Shown here piece by piece: positions 17,189 through 20,000 of a stretch of 20,000 nt of DNA. Location of the stretch: IMG/VR virus record IMGVR_UViG_3300017912_003267; one strand, 5' to 3'. Numbering within the stretch: position 1 is the first letter of the stretch; each line of letters opens with the position of its first letter. The translations under genes were made by a program, and so were the position numbers. The notes under the pieces are model-generated. The model searched no databases, had not been told where the DNA came from, and was given only the letters and a program-made list of their open reading frames with translations. This stretch comes from an uncultured virus (IMG/VR IMGVR_UViG_3300017912_003267). Its lineage: Duplodnaviria > Heunggongvirae > Uroviricota > Caudoviricetes.

Positions 17189-17217
17189 TTTTAAAATAGT
17201 TAAACTTTAACAATTTC

Positions 17218-17457
17218 ATGTTAATCTCACATTTTGATAGTACAGCTATTGAAAGTATTGAATTAGTATCAAATAAAAGCTTTGATATGACTATTATTTT
17301 CAAAAATAGTAATAAATCATACAATTATATTATTAATAACGAAGATTTTAGAAAAAATCTGTTATTGAGTCTATTAGCTGAAGCAAGTATTGGTAGATTA
17401 ATCAACAAATCCATCAAAAATGAGGATATTGTTGTACTAAATACTGGCAAAGTTTGA
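17218..17457 (+). CDS. KTSC-domain-like small protein
   Basis: STAIESIE....MTIIFKN.NKSYNY...SIGRLIN resembles the KTSC pattern (SS.I..v.Y...L.I.F..G..Y.Y...S.G.f.n). Very AT-rich. Confidence 0.5.
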   Translation: MLISHFDSTAIESIELVSNKSFDMTIIFKNSNKSYNYIINNEDFRKNLLLSLLAEASIGRLINKSIKNEDIVVLNTGKV

Positions 17458-17479
17458 TATCAAGTATTACCACAGATTA

Positions 17480-17641
17480 ATGGCAAAAACTAATCGTAAT
17501 TCCACTCAATCTTACAAAGCACAGTTTGAAGATGAGTACGAAGATTTCGGGTATAATGTAAAGAATGCCCGAAGATATCAGTCAAAACAGAAACGTACCC
17601 CAAAGTTTAAAGATTACAGTGACTACGAGGACAGTTATTGA
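17480..17641 (+). CDS. Small hypothetical protein (53 aa, MAKTNRNSTQSYKAQFEDEY...)
   Basis: Translated by hand; its stop lies in the spacer of element copy 6. Confidence 0.6.
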   Translation: MAKTNRNSTQSYKAQFEDEYEDFGYNVKNARRYQSKQKRTPKFKDYSDYEDSY

Positions 17642-17684
17642 AGTGTCCATTATTTGCTGACAGACGCTAAATTTCATGTATTGT
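17629..17684 (+). promoter_or_regulatory. Dispersed element, copy 6
   Basis: GGACA-gttattgaag-TGTCCAT, -10 TATTGT at 17679-17684. Shares TGTATTGTATAGAAGTC with copy 7. Confidence 0.7.
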
Positions 17685-17706
17685 ATAGAAGTCGTCAGGA
17701 ATTGTT

Positions 17707-17949
17707 ATGAATCAATCTGATCTCTTCACTCTTAAAGAGAACTATGCCAACCTAATTGTGGATGGCATGGATATAGATACGTTGGCACAATTTGCCTACG
17801 ATTCTATCATGGATAATCTGAAAGATTATGAAGAGCAAGATTTAGAGGCAGAAATCACTGATCTTTATGGTGAAGAAACTTACAAAGATTTGGCAGACGT
17901 TGATGATGTCAAAGTGACCTATGGGCAGACGATGAATGCTGCCAGTTGA
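17707..17949 (+). CDS. Acidic hypothetical protein (80 aa)
   Basis: AGGA upstream; a single gene bracketed by element copies 6 and 7. Confidence 0.75.
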   Translation: MNQSDLFTLKENYANLIVDGMDIDTLAQFAYDSIMDNLKDYEEQDLEAEITDLYGEETYKDLADVDDVKVTYGQTMNAAS

Positions 17950-17996
17950 GATAGTGGCACACAGGGGGTTGTGATTGCCCCCTGATCCTGTATTGT
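17940..17996 (+). promoter_or_regulatory. Dispersed element, copy 7
   Basis: TGCCA-gttgagatag-TGGCACA, hairpin CAGGGGG/CCCCCTG (17962-17984), -10 TATTGT at 17991-17996. Confidence 0.8.
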
Positions 17997-18023
17997 ATAG
18001 AAGTCAACCAAACGACACCAAAC

Positions 18024-18374
18024 ATGCGTAAGATCGAACAGCAAATGTGTGCCGCTATTCAGGCAAACAAGAACTGGCAATCTGCTAACACTGCTGTTAC
18101 CTTTGATCCTGAAACTGGCATCTCTACAGTGTTTCTCCATGGCAACAAGATTGCTGAGGTTAGTGACACTGACATGACAATCTTTGATGGTGGATGGCAA
18201 TCCAACACCACAAAGTCTCGTCTCAATGCTCTCTGTTCTGAGTTTTGTATTGCTGGTGAAGGTGTCTTTCAGAAGAACTTTCAGTGGTTTGTTCGTAAGT
18301 TTGTCGGACAATCTTCCATCACTGGTAAAGTCTTCAACGTAGAAGATTTTGAGAATGGTTTTGTCTTCGCTTGA
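18024..18374 (+). CDS. Hypothetical phage protein (MRKIEQQM...LHGNKIA...GGWQSNTTKSRLNAL)
   Basis: 116-aa ORF after element copy 7. Confidence 0.8.
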   Translation: MRKIEQQMCAAIQANKNWQSANTAVTFDPETGISTVFLHGNKIAEVSDTDMTIFDGGWQSNTTKSRLNALCSEFCIAGEGVFQKNFQWFVRKFVGQSSITGKVFNVEDFENGFVFA

Positions 18375-18419
18375 CACATTACAATATGCCCCATTTACCC
18401 ACTGGGGTAGATGATGTTC

Positions 18420-18445
18420 ACCACCGTCGTCGGTGGTATTTTTTT
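18420..18445 (+). terminator. Rho-independent terminator
   Basis: ACCACCG-tcgt-CGGTGGT followed by A and T7. Confidence 0.75.
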
Positions 18446-18470
18446 ATCTACAAATGTTGGAGGTTTGTTA

Positions 18471-18593
18471 ATGACAGTTCAGGAAATGTATGATGAAATG
18501 GTAGAACAATCTATAGAAGATAGCTATTATGAAATTCAGGACTATGACGATCATTGTGACATCATAGAGGTTGAATATACCACTCAAAATTAA
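18471..18593 (+). CDS. Small acidic protein (40 aa, MTVQEMYDEMVE...)
   Basis: GGAGG 7 nt before ATG 18471. The track start at 18411 would span the terminator. Confidence 0.55.
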   Translation: MTVQEMYDEMVEQSIEDSYYEIQDYDDHCDIIEVEYTTQN

Positions 18594-18610
18594 TCAATCA
18601 TCTTTTAATC

Positions 18611-18811
18611 ATGAATTTTCAAGTCACACAAATCGAGTTTGATTTTGATGATGAATTTGGACCTTATCCCGAAGAAGAGAAACAAGGTGCAATCAATCAA
18701 ACGATGTCAACAATTTGGTATGCAGTTGATGAGGATGATCTCATTGAAGAAATCACATGTGCATCAGGTTGGTGTGTCAAATCCATTGATTATAAAATAG
18801 TATTGGACTAG
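18611..18811 (+). CDS. Acidic hypothetical protein (66 aa)
   Basis: ORF with DEDDLIEEIT..SGWCV.SIDY. Confidence 0.75.
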   Translation: MNFQVTQIEFDFDDEFGPYPEEEKQGAINQTMSTIWYAVDEDDLIEEITCASGWCVKSIDYKIVLD

Positions 18812-18847
18812 TTAACCAGTTAGTGATACAAACTGCGCTAGCTGCGT

Positions 18848-18906
18848 GACCAGTTGGCGAAGTGGCACAGTACCGACCCCAAACGTCCCCACCCTGTGCC
18901 TATAAT
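18848..18906 (+). promoter_or_regulatory. Dispersed element, copy 8
   Basis: GACCA-gttggcgaag-TGGCACA, inverted repeat GGCACAG/CTGTGCC, -10 TATAAT at 18901-18906, ATG at 18913. Confidence 0.8.
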
Positions 18907-18912
18907 GGTTTC

Positions 18913-19077
18913 ATGAAAACAAACAACCCCTACGTTCAACAGATCCTCTCCAAGGGTCGTGATTATGTTCCCACCCCTGCTAAGTTGGGTGAGTTTCCTA
19001 AGACTATCCATGGTCGAGTTTTTAACACTGAAGAGGAGTATCGTGAGGCACTCGCTGACTTCATGAACGGTCTTTGA
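18913..19077 (+). CDS. Small hypothetical protein (54 aa, MKTNNPYVQQILSKG...)
   Basis: ATG 6 nt after the -10 of copy 8. The track start at 18862 lies inside the element. Confidence 0.7.
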   Translation: MKTNNPYVQQILSKGRDYVPTPAKLGEFPKTIHGRVFNTEEEYREALADFMNGL

Positions 19078-19241
19078 TGTATACTGACCCTTGCACAATT
19101 GCCCTTCGCTTTGATAAACTAATGTGGGATGAAATCATGGACATGCCAGGTGAAATATTCGACCTGGACATTGATGATCGTGAGATGATGCCACCTGACA
19201 TGCAGGATGACATTGAAAAAGACGATCCTCTTCTAGACTGA
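19077..19241 (+). CDS. Small acidic protein (54 aa, MYTDPCTIALRFDKLMWDEIMDMPGEIFD...)
   Basis: Translated by hand; TGATG coupling; start uncertain. Confidence 0.55.
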   Translation: MYTDPCTIALRFDKLMWDEIMDMPGEIFDLDIDDREMMPPDMQDDIEKDDPLLD

Positions 19242-19263
19242 TCCTAACCTCTTCACAATCATC

Positions 19264-19512
19264 ATGAACAAAATGTCAACCAAAGGCAACTATTCTTTCT
19301 ACAAGGTAGAGATCGAGATTATAGAATCTCCCCACCATCCGATCATCTTCTTTAGAAAAGAACGTAAGTGCAAGACTGCTAAGGGCATGGATAGGCAACA
19401 CAATCGAGTTGTGAACGAGACTATAGAACAGTGGAGACAGTATGATCAACAGATCCGCCGTTACACTGTCTCACGTGTGCCAGCAGACAAGGTGGACTAT
19501 GTGGTGAACTGA
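19264..19512 (+). CDS. Basic hypothetical protein (82 aa)
   Basis: ORF whose 3' end runs into element copy 9. Confidence 0.7.
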   Translation: MNKMSTKGNYSFYKVEIEIIESPHHPIIFFRKERKCKTAKGMDRQHNRVVNETIEQWRQYDQQIRRYTVSRVPADKVDYVVN

Positions 19513-19535
19513 TCGCCACCCTGACCCCTTATAAT
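19478..19535 (+). promoter_or_regulatory. Dispersed element, copy 9
   Basis: TGCCA-gcagacaagg-TGGAC, hairpin GTGGTGA/TCGCCAC (19501-19519), -10 TATAAT at 19530-19535, ATG at 19542. Confidence 0.75.
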
Positions 19536-19541
19536 TGACCC

Positions 19542-19733
19542 ATGAACACAAACGACATGAACCACGATCAACGCTTCTGCCGTGCTCCTTACCGTGCCAC
19601 CTTTGCTGATCTGACGGGACGGGCAGGGCAACCCATGGACTTCGACGGCGACTTCGACGATCACTTCACAGCAGAAGACTACGACCGCCGTCGTTGGGAA
19701 CGTGATGCCCGACGCTATGGGTACGGTCGCTGA
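19542..19733 (+). CDS. Small hypothetical protein (63 aa; alternative start at 19557)
   Basis: Single gene bracketed by element copies 9 and 10. Confidence 0.65.
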   Translation: MNTNDMNHDQRFCRAPYRATFADLTGRAGQPMDFDGDFDDHFTAEDYDRRRWERDARRYGYGR

Positions 19734-19777
19734 ACCGTCCCCCATGGGGCAGACTTCGCCCCATGACCGTCTAGGAT
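19721..19777 (+). promoter_or_regulatory. Dispersed element, copy 10 (divergent)
   Basis: GTACG-gtcgctgaac-CGTCC, hairpin CATGGGGC/GCCCCATG (19743-19765), -10 TAGGAT at 19772-19777. Confidence 0.6.
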
Positions 19778-19802
19778 ACACACAACACACAAACGACACA
19801 CG

Positions 19803-20000
19803 ATGAACGGTTGGAAAAATTGGGAGACCTGGAATGTCGCCCTCTGGATTCAGAATGACGAGACGACCTACAAGGTCGCCCAGAAATACGACTCCTACGA
19901 TCATCTCATCCCCCGTCTAGAATTGATGTGGGGACAGATGACCCCTGACGGTGCCCGTTGGATGGATGGACGGATCGACACCGATGAGTTGGATGAGATG
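19803..20000 (+). CDS. Hypothetical phage protein, 3'-truncated (MNGWKNWETWNVALWIQNDE...)
   Basis: Translated by hand; open to the end of the window. The NGW.N.ETWNVALWI.ND pattern is one I recall from small phage proteins. Confidence 0.7.
   Translation, partial: MNGWKNWETWNVALWIQNDETTYKVAQKYDSYDHLIPRLELMWGQMTPDGARWMDGRIDTDELDEM

Noticed and set aside
15909..17443. TAAATA at 15909 and 17438 as late promoters
   Set aside because: Short AT-rich matches within coding sequence in a non-structural region, expected by chance.
18371..18409. TTGACA plus TACAAT as a promoter, and small hairpins as an ncRNA
   Set aside because: The hexamers are only 3 nt apart, and the hairpins are short with no further support.
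6874..18869. TGGCAC as a sigma54 -24 box
   Set aside because: No TTGC at the required spacing in any copy. The motif is half of a dyad and is linked to a sigma70-type -10. Cyanobacteria lack sigma54.
6859..19740. Dyad as an NtcA (GTA-N8-TAC) or CRP (TGTGA-N6-TCACA) site
   Set aside because: Half-site sequence and spacing do not match either consensus.
6859..19777. Dispersed repeats as a CRISPR array
   Set aside because: The copies are degenerate and separated by 0.2-4 kb of coding sequence, with no identical repeats around 30-40-nt spacers and no cas genes.
1..20000. tRNA, rRNA, integrase, transposase or reverse transcriptase genes
   Set aside because: No cloverleaf/T-loop pattern or catalytic motifs were recognised by eye; a covariance search was not possible.

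Overview
This window looks like part of a T4-like marine cyanomyovirus genome (inferred from gene content and organisation; no database search was possible). All credible genes are on the + strand. 1-6872 is the end of a late/structural block: a 5'-truncated giant tail-fibre-like protein with Gly-rich and tail-collar domains, a tail-fibre assembly chaperone-like protein and one hypothetical. From about 6860 an accessory/early region begins with an SF2 helicase + HNH nuclease + Dam-family N6-adenine methyltransferase operon. About 35 small ORFs follow, including three 2OG-Fe(II) oxygenases, a HEXXH protein and a KTSC-like protein. The main hidden structure is a dispersed ~56-bp element found 10 times: a dyad (xxMCA-S-N8-S-TGKCA), often a GC hairpin of variable sequence, then a -10 hexamer 34-38 nt after the start of the right half-site. 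It sits at gene-module boundaries, usually overlaps the upstream stop codon, and in one case is read through in frame to fuse two genes. A non-coding stretch at 16828-17217 holds cyanobacterial-type DnaA boxes, an AT-rich tract, one copy of the element and a long A-tract inverted repeat. It borders a strongly A/C-skewed region and is a candidate replication origin.
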